Source: an uncultured Pelagibacteraceae bacterium
GTDB taxonomy: Bacteria; Pseudomonadota; Alphaproteobacteria; Pelagibacterales; Pelagibacteraceae
Assembly: GCA_902621345.1 (NCBI GenBank)
Contig: CACNLV010000002.1
Location: 32,320 to 96,319 of the forward strand
Direction of reading: 5' to 3'
DNA: 64,000 nucleotides
This document shows, piece after piece, positions 11,465 through 21,085 of the stretch. The stretch's first letter is position 1, and the number at the start of each line of letters is the position of its first letter. A program made the translations under genes and the position numbers. The notes beneath the pieces are model-generated. The model saw only the letters and a program-made list of their open reading frames with translations. It was not told the DNA's origin and did not search any database.

Positions 11465-11573
11465 TATTTTTTTATAAAGATTACTTAACTAACAAAAAAG
11501 GCGATAAAATGGTATTGAATTAAACATATATTTGTTATTTAATGAATTACTCTTTAAAAAAATAAGTTTTATT

Positions 11574-11714
11574 ATCGGGAGAGACTATTTTTTAGCGCCG
11601 AAGGAGCAACCACCCCGGAAACTCTCAGGCAAAAGGACCGATCGAAGCATAACACTCTGGAAAGAGATTGATTTCCGCCGAAGGAGCAAAACTCTCAGGC
11701 AAAAATACAGATGG
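11574..11714 (+). promoter_or_regulatory. Tandem glycine riboswitch (two aptamers) in the glcB leader
   Basis: There are two copies of the glycine aptamer core. Aptamer 1 is GGGAGAG...GCGCCGAAGGAGCAA...CTCTCAGGCAAAAGGACCG, with P1 ATCGG/CCGAT. Aptamer 2 is CTCTGGAAAGAG...CCGCCGAAGGAGCAA...CTCTCAGGCAAAAATACAGA. This is a GC-rich island in AT-rich DNA, 19 nt before the glcB ATG. Confidence 0.88.
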
Positions 11715-11732
11715 GGTACGAATTAAAGTGCT

Positions 11733-13907
11733 ATGCAAGAAAAATACGTTAAAATTAATAACTTACAAGTATCTGAAAAACTATTAAACTTTGTAAATGA
11801 TGAATTATTGAAAGATACAGACATATCTTCTGAGAGTTTTTGGTTGGGTCTCGAAAAAACTCTTGATGAGCTTGCACCAAAAAATAGAGAATTTATTAAG
11901 TTAAGAGAGGATTTACAAAAAAAAATAGATAATTGGCATATCAAAAACAAAGGTAAAGAATTTAATTTAGTAGAGTACAAAAAATTTTTATTAGAAATTG
12001 GTTATTTAAAAAATGAGGGGCCTGATTTTAAAATAGAAACTAAAAATGTGGATGAAGAGATTGCAAATATAGCTGGACCTCAATTAGTAGTGCCCATCAT
12101 GAATGCAAGGTATGCGTTGAATGCTGCGAATGCAAGATGGATGAGTTTATATGATAGTCTTTATGGTACTGATATAATTGAACAGTCTGATGATAGCGTA
12201 TCTGAGAGATATGACCCTCTAAGGGGTGAAATGGTAATTAAATATGGTAGAAATTTTTTAGATAAGTACTTCCCATTAGCTGGACTAAGTTGGAGTCAAA
12301 TTACAAGTTTAGCTGTAAAATATGGTAAATTAAAAGTTTTAAAAGGTGCTGATATTTTTGATTTAGTAGATGAAAATAAATTTATTGGACACAGGGGTGA
12401 AAATGATAATCCATCTGCAATTATTCTAAAAAATAACGGTTTACATATTGAGGTTCTAAAAGACGCTAGAGCGTTTGCTGCTCAACAAGATCATGCTGGT
12501 ATTAGCGACATAATACTGGAGTCTGCAGTGTCAACAATTTGTGATAATGAGGATAGTGTCGCCGCAGTTGACTCGGAAGATAAAATTATTTGTTACCGAA
12601 ATTGGCTAGGCCTTATGAAAGGCAATCTAAAATCAAAATTTGAAAAAGAAGGTAAATTATTTGAGAGAAAACTAAATCCACACAGAAGTTATATCTCAAG
12701 AAATGGTAAAGGTTTAAAGTTACATGGTAGAAGCCTTTTGCTTATAAGAAATGTTGGTCATTTGATGACTAACTCATCAATTTTATTAAGTGATGGAAGT
12801 GAAATACCTGAAGGAATTATGGATGCATTTATAACAACAGCAGCTGCACTACATGACATTAAAAACAAAACCAATTCAAGAACTGGATCTGTGTATATAG
12901 TAAAGCCTAAAATGCATGGTCCAGATGAGACCGCGTTTACAGATTTAATTTTTTCTAAAGTTGAGGATGTTCTAAATTTACCTAGGTATACTTGTAAAGT
13001 TGGTATTATGGATGAAGAAAGAAGAACGTCTGCAAATTTAAAAGAATGCATTAGAAGTCTTAAAAATAGAGTTTTTTTCATAAATACTGGTTTCTTAGAT
13101 AGAACTGGTGATGAAATGCATACATCAATGGAAGCTGGCCCTATGATTAAAAAAGGTGATATGAAATCATCTAAATGGATCAACGCTTACGAAAATAATA
13201 ATGTCGATATTGGTCTGAAATGTGGGTTTTCAGGAAAAGCACAAATTGGAAAAGGAATGTGGGCAATGCCAGATAAAATGAAAGATATGATGGGTCAAAA
13301 AAAAGGTCACTTAAAAGCAGGAGCAAATTGTGCATGGGTTCCATCTCCAACAGCAGCTGCTTTACATGCTTTACATTATCACGAAATAAATATTTTTAAT
13401 GAACAAAAAAAATTAATGGATAGAGAGCCAGCTAAAATTGATGATTTGTTAACAATACCAACAGCAGATCGACCTAATTGGTCTGTAGAAGATATAAATA
13501 AAGAAATTTCTAACTCTGCACAAACTTTATTGGGTTATGTTGTAAGATGGATAGATCAAGGTGTAGGTTGTTCTAAAGTACCTGATATTAATAATATTGG
13601 TTTGATGGAGGATAGAGCAACTCTTAGAATTTCATCTCAGCATATAGCCAACTGGATCCATCATGGAATTACAACAAAAATACAAGTAACTGAAATAATG
13701 AAAGAGATGGCAAAAATAGTTGATAAGCAGAATAAAAATGATCCATTATATGCCAAAATGAGCAGTGATTATGAAAACTCTATAGCATTCCAAACTGCTT
13801 GTGATTTGGTGTTTAAGGGTAAAGAACAACCTTCAGGTTACACAGAACCATTACTTCATTCAAACAGGTTAAAAAAGAAATCTAATCTTGGTTCGAAATC
13901 AAATTAG
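11733..13907 (+). CDS. glcB: Malate synthase G
   Basis: 724 aa. Typical MSG blocks are present (GPQLVVP, NARYALNAANARW, MDEERRTS, NCAWVPSPTAA). Confidence 0.95.
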   Translation: MQEKYVKINNLQVSEKLLNFVNDELLKDTDISSESFWLGLEKTLDELAPKNREFIKLREDLQKKIDNWHIKNKGKEFNLVEYKKFLLEIGYLKNEGPDFKIETKNVDEEIANIAGPQLVVPIMNARYALNAANARWMSLYDSLYGTDIIEQSDDSVSERYDPLRGEMVIKYGRNFLDKYFPLAGLSWSQITSLAVKYGKLKVLKGADIFDLVDENKFIGHRGENDNPSAIILKNNGLHIEVLKDARAFAAQQDHAGISDIILESAVSTICDNEDSVAAVDSEDKIICYRNWLGLMKGNLKSKFEKEGKLFERKLNPHRSYISRNGKGLKLHGRSLLLIRNVGHLMTNSSILLSDGSEIPEGIMDAFITTAAALHDIKNKTNSRTGSVYIVKPKMHGPDETAFTDLIFSKVEDVLNLPRYTCKVGIMDEERRTSANLKECIRSLKNRVFFINTGFLDRTGDEMHTSMEAGPMIKKGDMKSSKWINAYENNNVDIGLKCGFSGKAQIGKGMWAMPDKMKDMMGQKKGHLKAGANCAWVPSPTAAALHALHYHEINIFNEQKKLMDREPAKIDDLLTIPTADRPNWSVEDINKEISNSAQTLLGYVVRWIDQGVGCSKVPDINNIGLMEDRATLRISSQHIANWIHHGITTKIQVTEIMKEMAKIVDKQNKNDPLYAKMSSDYENSIAFQTACDLVFKGKEQPSGYTEPLLHSNRLKKKSNLGSKSN

Positions 13908-14499
13908 ATCGATTTTTAAAAGCAGAAATTAAAGTCCCATCATCCAGACTTTCTATTTCACCACCTACCGGTAAACCTTGGGCGAGCTTAGTAATTTTTA
14001 CTTTGGAATTTTTTAAACATTCTTGAATATAGTAGGCGGTCGTTTGACCTTCTATTGTGGCGCTCGTAGCTAAAATTACCTCCTCAATTTTGTCTTTTTT
14101 AACCCTCTCTACTAAAGAGTCGATTAATAAATCTTCTTTTCTATTTCCTGAAGATGAGATTGTACCACCAAGAATATGAAAATATCCCTGAAATATATTA
14201 GAGCTCTCGATGGACCATTGGTCTGCTATATTTTCAACCACACAAATTTTATCATATTTTTTGTCTAAAATTTTACAATTTTCATAATCACATTTTATTA
14301 AAACAGATTTTAGAGCTCCACAAATTGTACATCTAGAAATATTTTTATAAACATCTGTTAATGATTTTGCTAGAGGCTTTACTAATTCGTCTTTGTTATT
14401 AATTAATTTTAAAAGAATTCGCTTCGCTGATTTTGGTCCCAAACCAGGTAATTTTGATATTAGTTTGATTAACTGATCTATCTCATCACAATTTTGCAT
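13882..14499 (-). CDS. recR: Recombination protein RecR
   Basis: KLPGLGPKSAKR helix-hairpin-helix, a C4 zinc finger (CTICG...C) and a Toprim region. Part of the dnaX-ybaB-recR synteny. Confidence 0.95.
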   Translation of the reverse strand: MQNCDEIDQLIKLISKLPGLGPKSAKRILLKLINNKDELVKPLAKSLTDVYKNISRCTICGALKSVLIKCDYENCKILDKKYDKICVVENIADQWSIESSNIFQGYFHILGGTISSSGNRKEDLLIDSLVERVKKDKIEEVILATSATIEGQTTAYYIQECLKNSKVKITKLAQGLPVGGEIESLDDGTLISAFKNRSNLISNQD

Positions 14500-14502
14500 A
14501 TT

Positions 14503-14826
14503 CTATAAAGGCCATTTAAATCCAGGAATACCAAACCCACCCGTTGCTTTTGAAATTTCCTCACTTGTTTTTGATTTGAGTTGAGATTTAGCACTATTAT
14601 GAGCTGCAACAATCAAATCCTCAATTATGGTTTTGTCCTCTTTCAGAATTTCATTAGATAACTCTATTGTTTGCATTTCTCCATCTCCATCCAAAGTTAT
14701 CTTTACAGAATTTGATCCTGAAACTCCTACAACTCTAATTTCTTTAATCTTTTGCTGGCTTTCCTTCATCTTTGCTTCAAGCTCTTTAGCTTTATCTAAT
14801 ATTTTACTAAAATCAGTCATTATCAA
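14503..14826 (-). CDS. ybaB: YbaB/EbfC family nucleoid-associated protein
   Basis: 107 aa. Lies between dnaX and recR, with the typical coiled N-terminus and GGFGIPG tail. Confidence 0.9.
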   Translation of the reverse strand: MIMTDFSKILDKAKELEAKMKESQQKIKEIRVVGVSGSNSVKITLDGDGEMQTIELSNEILKEDKTIIEDLIVAAHNSAKSQLKSKTSEEISKATGGFGIPGFKWPL

Positions 14827-16465
14827 CTCCGTTTTTGTTTAAATTTACATCTATTAATTCGGCATCAGGGAATCTTTCCTGAACACTTTTAAATATTTTT
14901 GAGTTTTTCATTTCATCAATCAATACTTTCTTAACATTTTTTTGTTTATCATTTATAGACATTTGTCCTTTTAATTTACTAAAAGTAATAATCCATCTTT
15001 CATCAGTCCATTCAAAAAGTTTTGACGATAGATTTTTTACAAAATCTTTGTCTAAACTTTCATTAAAAGATATTTCAATTCTATTTTTTTCAAATTTTAC
15101 AAGATTAACGTTTTTTTCTAATTCATATTTTAGTTTTATTTCCTTTTTATTTGAACAAACTTCAATTAAGTTCTCAAAAGTATTTATATTAATTTTATTT
15201 TCTGCTTTAATTTCCGTTTGAATTTCTGGTTTATTTTTATCTTCCTGTGAAATGTTCTTTATTTGATTGACTGTTTTAGATGTTGTCTCAGTTTCTGAAT
15301 TCTTGTCTAGATTTTCACTTTTTGTATGAACCTCAATTTTTTCAACTTTATTTTTAAATTTTGCAGAACTTAAATACATCATTCTTATTAGGATCATTTC
15401 AATTGAAAAGTGTGGATTAGAAACTATTTCTAACTCATCAAGTGAAGAGATGACAAACTGCCAAAATAATATTAATATTTCCGCGTCTACTTGATTTGAC
15501 AGACTTTTAATTTTAAAAAATTCTTCATCATTCAGAGAAAAATTTGTGCTTTCTAAAGTTAATGAATTAATATTTTTGAAGTAATAAAGTATCTCTAAGA
15601 AATCATTAATAAAAACCTTTGGTTCAACACCTTGATCATAAATCTTTCTATAAGTACTTATTACTTTTGTTTCTTCACCGTTTAAAATTAGCTCTAACAA
15701 ATAGATTAATTGGGATTTATCAAAGTATCCAAAAATTCTCTGCGCTGAATTTAAATCTAATTCTTTTTCCTCACCCAAACTTAATAATGCTCTATCTAAC
15801 AAAGATAAGGCATCTCTGACAGAGCCTTCTGAAATTTTTACTATAAGCTTTAAAGCATCGTCTGTTATTTTTCCATTTTCTTTATCTTTAATTATTTTAA
15901 TATATTCTAATAATTCAGGTGATTTAACTCTAGACAAATCAAATCTTTGACATCTAGAAACTACAGTAACTGGAATTTTTTTTATTTCTGTCGTTGCGAA
16001 AATAAATTTCAAATATTCTGGCGGTTCTTCTAAGGTTTTTAATAAGGCATTAAATGCTTGTTTGCTCAACATATGGACTTCATCAATTATAAAAATTTTA
16101 TATTTAGCAGATGTTGGTCCATATCTAGAAAATTCAATTAAATCTCTTACATCATCTACACCTGTTTTGCTCGCTGCATCCATTTCAAGAACATCAATAT
16201 GACTTGAATTAGTTATTGCATCACAATTATCACATTTTACTTTACATTTATTTTCTATTCCATTTAAACAATTTAATGTCTTTGCAACAATTCTTGCTGT
16301 TGTAGTTTTTCCAACCCCTCTTATTCCAGTGAACAAATATGCATTTGGTATTTTGTTAGCTTTAATTGAGTTTATAATGGTTTCAGTAAGAACCTTTTGA
16401 CCAATAAGATCATCAAAAGTTTGAGGTCTATATTTTAGTGCTAATACTTTTGATTTACTATTCAT
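14813..16465 (-). CDS. dnaX: DNA polymerase III subunit gamma/tau
   Basis: KYRPQTFDDLIGQ, Walker A GIRGVGKTT, a zinc module CxxC...C, DEVHML and the SRCQRF sensor. Confidence 0.95.
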   Translation of the reverse strand: MNSKSKVLALKYRPQTFDDLIGQKVLTETIINSIKANKIPNAYLFTGIRGVGKTTTARIVAKTLNCLNGIENKCKVKCDNCDAITNSSHIDVLEMDAASKTGVDDVRDLIEFSRYGPTSAKYKIFIIDEVHMLSKQAFNALLKTLEEPPEYLKFIFATTEIKKIPVTVVSRCQRFDLSRVKSPELLEYIKIIKDKENGKITDDALKLIVKISEGSVRDALSLLDRALLSLGEEKELDLNSAQRIFGYFDKSQLIYLLELILNGEETKVISTYRKIYDQGVEPKVFINDFLEILYYFKNINSLTLESTNFSLNDEEFFKIKSLSNQVDAEILILFWQFVISSLDELEIVSNPHFSIEMILIRMMYLSSAKFKNKVEKIEVHTKSENLDKNSETETTSKTVNQIKNISQEDKNKPEIQTEIKAENKININTFENLIEVCSNKKEIKLKYELEKNVNLVKFEKNRIEISFNESLDKDFVKNLSSKLFEWTDERWIITFSKLKGQMSINDKQKNVKKVLIDEMKNSKIFKSVQERFPDAELIDVNLNKNGVDND

Positions 16466-16476
16466 AAATTTAATAA

Positions 16477-16560
16477 GGAGACTAGAACCTGAATAACTGT
16501 CTCTACGACTGCCTCCGTTAAGATCTGGTCGGGTTCAAGCGGCATCCACCTCTAGCCTCC
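16477..16560 (-). ncRNA. ffs: Probable signal recognition particle RNA (4.5S type)
   Basis: GC-rich island directly upstream of dnaX, the usual ffs position. It forms a long hairpin closed by GGAGGCTAGA/TCTAGTCTCC. Read on the minus strand, the apical region ACCCGACCAGAUCU-UAAC-GGAGGCAGUCG resembles domain IV (ACCAGGUCAGGUCC-GGAA-GGAAGCAGCC in E. coli, from memory). The ends are approximate. Confidence 0.6.
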
Positions 16561-16609
16561 AAGTGTATTATAGCAGTAATGTTTTCTAAACCACAAGAAA
16601 TAATAAAAA

Positions 16610-17443
16610 TTACTTTTCTCGTATTTCGTCAGCTTCAAAAACACCTAAAACGTGAAAATCTTGACAATGTAAACCTAATTCCTCTAATGATTTTTTAACT
16701 TTTACATCCTCTATATGACCATCAAGATCACATAAAAAAAAATAAGAGTCGAAGGAATTTTTTTCAGGGTAGCTTTGTAGTTTGGTTAAGTTTACACCAT
16801 TGATAGCAAAGCCACCTAGTGATTGATATAAGGCTGCTGGTTTACTTTTTAATTTAAATAGAAAAGATGTAATATATTTTTTGTCACCATATTCTGGTTG
16901 AAAGATGTTTTTACCCATAATCAAAAACCTAGTAAGATTTCCTTTTTCATTTTCAATATTTTTTTTTATTATTTCTAATCCATATATTTCTGCACTTAAA
17001 GTAGAGGCTATTGCAGCATTTTTATTATCTTTAATTCTAGATATCATTTCTGCTGATCCAGCTGTATCTGCTCTAACGTGTTCAATTAAATTATTTGATT
17101 TTATAAAATTTGAACATTGTGAGAGTGCTTGCGAATGAGAGTAAACATTTTTTATGTCAGAAATTTTTGTACCAGGGAGTACTAACAAATTGTGCTCAAT
17201 TTTTTGAAAATATTCTGAGTAAATATTTAATCGATATTTAAATACCAAATATTCGATTCCTATATTTCCAGTAATTCTGTTAGACTCTGGTATAATTATT
17301 CTTGAGGATGGATCTTCTGAAGCTTTTAAAAAACATTCATCAAAAGTCTTACATGGTATTATCTTAGCTTTTGGGGCAACAGATAAAGCAGCTAAATGTG
17401 AATATGCTCCAAATGTTCCTTGAAAATAAATTTTTTCCATCAC
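16610..17443 (-). CDS. pheA: Prephenate dehydratase
   Basis: PDT domain (FQGTFGAYSH, ESNRITG) plus a C-terminal ACT domain (TSFLF...KPAALY, ESRP-like). Confidence 0.9.
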   Translation of the reverse strand: MMEKIYFQGTFGAYSHLAALSVAPKAKIIPCKTFDECFLKASEDPSSRIIIPESNRITGNIGIEYLVFKYRLNIYSEYFQKIEHNLLVLPGTKISDIKNVYSHSQALSQCSNFIKSNNLIEHVRADTAGSAEMISRIKDNKNAAIASTLSAEIYGLEIIKKNIENEKGNLTRFLIMGKNIFQPEYGDKKYITSFLFKLKSKPAALYQSLGGFAINGVNLTKLQSYPEKNSFDSYFFLCDLDGHIEDVKVKKSLEELGLHCQDFHVLGVFEADEIREK

Positions 17444-18174
17444 GACTTATATTCCATAATTTTTTTAATAGCCACAAAATCCTCTTTTGTATCTATTCCA
17501 ATTGAATGTGATTTGGCTAGAGCAACATTTATTTTAATTTTATTTTCTAAAGCTCTTAATTGTTCCAACTTATATTTGACCTCATTAGGAGACTGTTTAT
17601 GTGATACAAAATCTTTAAGAGTTTTCATTTCGTAACAATAAATACCCATATGATGATATGTATTTGGATCTTTCTGTAAAGTTTTTCTTTTAAAATAAAT
17701 CGCCTCTGGAAAATTTTTATGATTCAATTCTTCTTTTGTTTTTACTTTAACCATACTTTGATTGTCATAAAATTTTTTATCCAAAATTTTTGAAGCAAGA
17801 GTACCAATTTTAGAATTTGTATTTGTCATAAGTTGATTAAGATTCCTTATATCGTCAACATCAATTAAAGGTTCATCTCCTTGGAGATTCATCACTAAAT
17901 CAATGTTTGGAAACTTGGTTTTTTGTAGGGCTTCATAGATTCTATCTGTTCCTGTACTATGTTTATTACTAGTCAAAACTGCTTCACCGCCATTTCTTTT
18001 AACATCATCGACGATTTCTTGATTTTCAGTTGCGACTAATACATCCCCAATTTTTGCTTTTTCAGCCTTCTTAAATACGTGAGAAATGATCGATAAACCA
18101 TTAATTTTTAGAAGTGGTTTGCCTGGCAACCTAGTGGCTGCTAGTCTTGATGGGATTACAATTAGTGTTTTCAT
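17440..18174 (-). CDS. kdsB: 3-deoxy-manno-octulosonate cytidylyltransferase
   Basis: IPSRLAATRLPGKPL N-terminus and the NLQGDEPLI motif. Confidence 0.93.
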   Translation of the reverse strand: MKTLIVIPSRLAATRLPGKPLLKINGLSIISHVFKKAEKAKIGDVLVATENQEIVDDVKRNGGEAVLTSNKHSTGTDRIYEALQKTKFPNIDLVMNLQGDEPLIDVDDIRNLNQLMTNTNSKIGTLASKILDKKFYDNQSMVKVKTKEELNHKNFPEAIYFKRKTLQKDPNTYHHMGIYCYEMKTLKDFVSHKQSPNEVKYKLEQLRALENKIKINVALAKSHSIGIDTKEDFVAIKKIMEYKS

Positions 18175-18283
18175 ACGTCATTGTTATTTATTAGTACACC
18201 ACAAGCAGAGGCAATAATATACATCAAATATATAAGCAATTTTTAATTTATAATGTTATACGTTCAAAATAAAATTTTATAAA

Positions 18284-18826
18284 ATGGATTCTTTTGAAAT
18301 AAACAAAATAGTAGCTGCGATATTACTTGTGGCTCTTCTTTTAATCGGAATTAGCAAACTATCTAGCGTGATTTTCTACGTTGAGAAACCTAAAACGCCA
18401 GGATACGTAGTTGATGTTGAACAGCCAGTGACTGCACAGCTAAAAACTGAAGGTGAAACCGTAGAGCAAAAAATAGATATCGCCGCTTTAATGGCAATGG
18501 GAGATATTGCAACTGGAGAAAAAGTTTTTAAAAAATGTGCGGCTTGTCATTCAATCGTAAAAGGTGGAAAAAATAATATTGGGCCCGCACTATACAATGT
18601 TGTTGGAAGAAAAATTGGTGTTGTAAATGATTATAAATATTCTAAAGCATTAGCTGGATATGGAAAGGAATGGACATTTGAGGAATTAAATGGGTATTTG
18701 ATCAAACCTGCCAAATGGATCAAGGGAACAAAAATGGCATTTGCAGGATTGAGAAAAGAGAAAGATAGAGCTTCAGTAATCAAGTATTTAAACCAAAATT
18801 CAGACAACCCATTGCCTCTACCTTAA
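18284..18826 (+). CDS. Membrane-anchored class I cytochrome c
   Basis: N-terminal TM helix, a single CAACH heme-binding motif, and a downstream Met ligand region (GTKMAFAGL). Confidence 0.85.
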   Translation: MDSFEINKIVAAILLVALLLIGISKLSSVIFYVEKPKTPGYVVDVEQPVTAQLKTEGETVEQKIDIAALMAMGDIATGEKVFKKCAACHSIVKGGKNNIGPALYNVVGRKIGVVNDYKYSKALAGYGKEWTFEELNGYLIKPAKWIKGTKMAFAGLRKEKDRASVIKYLNQNSDNPLPLP

Positions 18827-19747
18827 TTTTCCAAAACAATAAAGTAAGATAGATTTTTGCACATGCACTCTATTCAGTGCTTGTGTCCAAACTTTTGATT
18901 GTTTACTAGAAAATACTTTTTCATCAACTTCATTGCCCCTTGGTAAACAATGGAGAAAAATACAATCTTTCTTTGCGTAACCCATCATTTTTTTATCAAT
19001 CTTAAATTTTTTAAAACTTTTTGATTTTTCTAATTTATTTACTTTGTCATTGATTGAGATAACTTTATCAGAAAAAAGAACATCTGCGTTAAATGCAGCT
19101 TTTTTAGGACTTGAATAAATATCTATTTTATTCTTATTTTTTTGTATGTAGTCCATAATATTTTTATCTGGTTTATATTTTTTAGGACAACCAATTTTTA
19201 GTTTAAATGAGAATTTGATTGAAGCTGCAATTAGAGAATTTAAAACATTATTACAGTCCCCTATCCACGCAATATTCAATTTATGTATAGGCTTCTTCTT
19301 TATCTCTTCAACCGTGAAGATATCTGACAAAATCTGGGTTGGGTGAGATGAGGGGCTCAACCCGTTAATAACCGGAATTGATAAATATTTTTTAAATTCC
19401 TCTAGTTTTTTATCACTATCTGTTCTTAACATGAAAGCATTACCAAAATTAGATAGTATCTTAGCTGTATCCTCTATACTTTCACCACCTTTAGACAAAT
19501 GAAGCTCATCAGGTCTTAATGTCAAAGCACTTCCACCAAGTTGTCTAATAGCTAGATAAAAACTTAGTCTTGTCCTTAAACTTGATTTCTCAAACATTTG
19601 AATTAATAATTTTCCTTTAAGAGGAGCGTCTTTATCCACATCAAGATGACTAAGTTTTTTTCTTAAATTTTTTCTTTTTTGCGCATCACTAATAATTTTT
19701 CTAAGATTTTTAGTTGAAATATCTTTTAAATTTATAAAATGTTTCAT
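18818..19747 (-). CDS. argF: Ornithine carbamoyltransferase
   Basis: SLRTRLSF (STRTR-type), HPTQ and HCLP motifs. Confidence 0.93.
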   Translation of the reverse strand: MKHFINLKDISTKNLRKIISDAQKRKNLRKKLSHLDVDKDAPLKGKLLIQMFEKSSLRTRLSFYLAIRQLGGSALTLRPDELHLSKGGESIEDTAKILSNFGNAFMLRTDSDKKLEEFKKYLSIPVINGLSPSSHPTQILSDIFTVEEIKKKPIHKLNIAWIGDCNNVLNSLIAASIKFSFKLKIGCPKKYKPDKNIMDYIQKNKNKIDIYSSPKKAAFNADVLFSDKVISINDKVNKLEKSKSFKKFKIDKKMMGYAKKDCIFLHCLPRGNEVDEKVFSSKQSKVWTQALNRVHVQKSILLYCFGKLR

Positions 19748-19748
19748 T

Positions 19749-20915
19749 TTAACTCATTCTTGAACATACATCATCAATAATTTTTAATGCTTGATTGATT
19801 TCTGTTTTTTTAACATTTAGTGGAGGTAGAATACGAATAACATTGTCAGCCGCACGTATAGTTAGTAATCTCTTATCCATCAATTTTTTAATAAACTTTG
19901 ACTGATCTGTATAAAGCTGAACTCCAATTAATAAACCTTTTCCTCTTATTTCTCTAATAATCTTTGGATATTTTTTTTTTAAAAGATTTAAATTTATAAA
20001 AAAATATTTTGACAATTTCTTTACATTGTTTAAGAATTTTTTGCTTGAAACTATATCTATTACTGAATTCCCAACTGCCATTGCCAAAGGATTACCACCA
20101 AAAGTTGAACCATGAGTACCTGGTGTCATTCCAGAAGCTACTTTTTTATTCATTAAAACTGCACCAATAGGGAATCCACCACCGATACCTTTAGCGATAG
20201 GAACAATATCCGGTTTTATTTTTGAGCTTTCAAAAGCCAAAAAATCTGCTGATCTCGAAATTCCTGTTTGAACTTCATCTGCTATTAATAAAATTTTTTT
20301 TTTATTGCATAATTTTCTTAATTCTTTGAGGCACCAATCAGGAATCACTTTAATTCCTCCTTCTCCCATAATTGGTTCGATCATTATAGCTGCGGTATTT
20401 TTAGTGATTTTTTTTTTCAGAGATTTGTGATCTCCAAAAATAAAATGGTCAAAACCTGGAACTTTTGGTCCAAAACCCTCTACCATTTTTTTTGATCCAC
20501 TTGCAAAAATTGCTGCGATAGTTCTGCCATGAAAAGAATTTTTTACACATAAAATTCTGTTTTTATGAGGTTTTCCAATTGAATAAAAGTATCGTCTAGC
20601 AACTTTAATAGATGCTTCAGTAGCTTCTGCACCGCTATTTTGAAATATAACGTAATCAGCAAAAGTTTTTTGACATAATTTTTTTGCTAACATTTCCCCT
20701 TCAGGAATTTTAAAAGCATTTGAAATATGCCAAAGTTTTTTAGATTGATTTTGTATTGTTTGAACTAGTTTGGGATGTGCATGACCTAAACAATTTACAG
20801 CTATTCCTTGAACGAAATCTAAATATTTAACTCCTTTAGAAGTGTAAAGATAGCTTCCTTTGCCTTTAGTAAAAGAAATTTTTTTTCTATTATAATTTTT
20901 TGCTAAAAAGCTCAT
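19749..20915 (-). CDS. argD: Acetylornithine aminotransferase
   Basis: Class III aminotransferase (NSGAEATE, ADEVQTG, PLP-Lys region IAKGIGGG). Adjacent to argF. Confidence 0.9.
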   Translation of the reverse strand: MSFLAKNYNRKKISFTKGKGSYLYTSKGVKYLDFVQGIAVNCLGHAHPKLVQTIQNQSKKLWHISNAFKIPEGEMLAKKLCQKTFADYVIFQNSGAEATEASIKVARRYFYSIGKPHKNRILCVKNSFHGRTIAAIFASGSKKMVEGFGPKVPGFDHFIFGDHKSLKKKITKNTAAIMIEPIMGEGGIKVIPDWCLKELRKLCNKKKILLIADEVQTGISRSADFLAFESSKIKPDIVPIAKGIGGGFPIGAVLMNKKVASGMTPGTHGSTFGGNPLAMAVGNSVIDIVSSKKFLNNVKKLSKYFFINLNLLKKKYPKIIREIRGKGLLIGVQLYTDQSKFIKKLMDKRLLTIRAADNVIRILPPLNVKKTEINQALKIIDDVCSRMS

Positions 20916-21085
20916 TACAATGTTGTTTGTATAAACAAAAAAATTAAATACAAGTTGGGATTGAATATCATTTGAAATAATTCAATTTAAATAATGTTGA
21001 TAACTGTAAATAATATGTTGTTTATTAATATTTTTTATCTGTATATTGTGTTTATATATTTTTTTAATACATTATATAGTAAATT

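Noticed and set aside
11532-11726. 64-aa ORF in the accA-glcB spacer
   Set aside because: It coincides exactly with the tandem glycine riboswitch. Its GC-rich codons come from the two aptamer cores, so it is not a protein gene.
14813-16465. Programmed -1 frameshift site in dnaX (an A AAA AAG heptamer followed by a hairpin, as in E. coli)
   Set aside because: I could not find the heptamer in the appropriate part of the gene by eye. Homopolymer A/T runs are everywhere in this genome, so nothing specific can be claimed.
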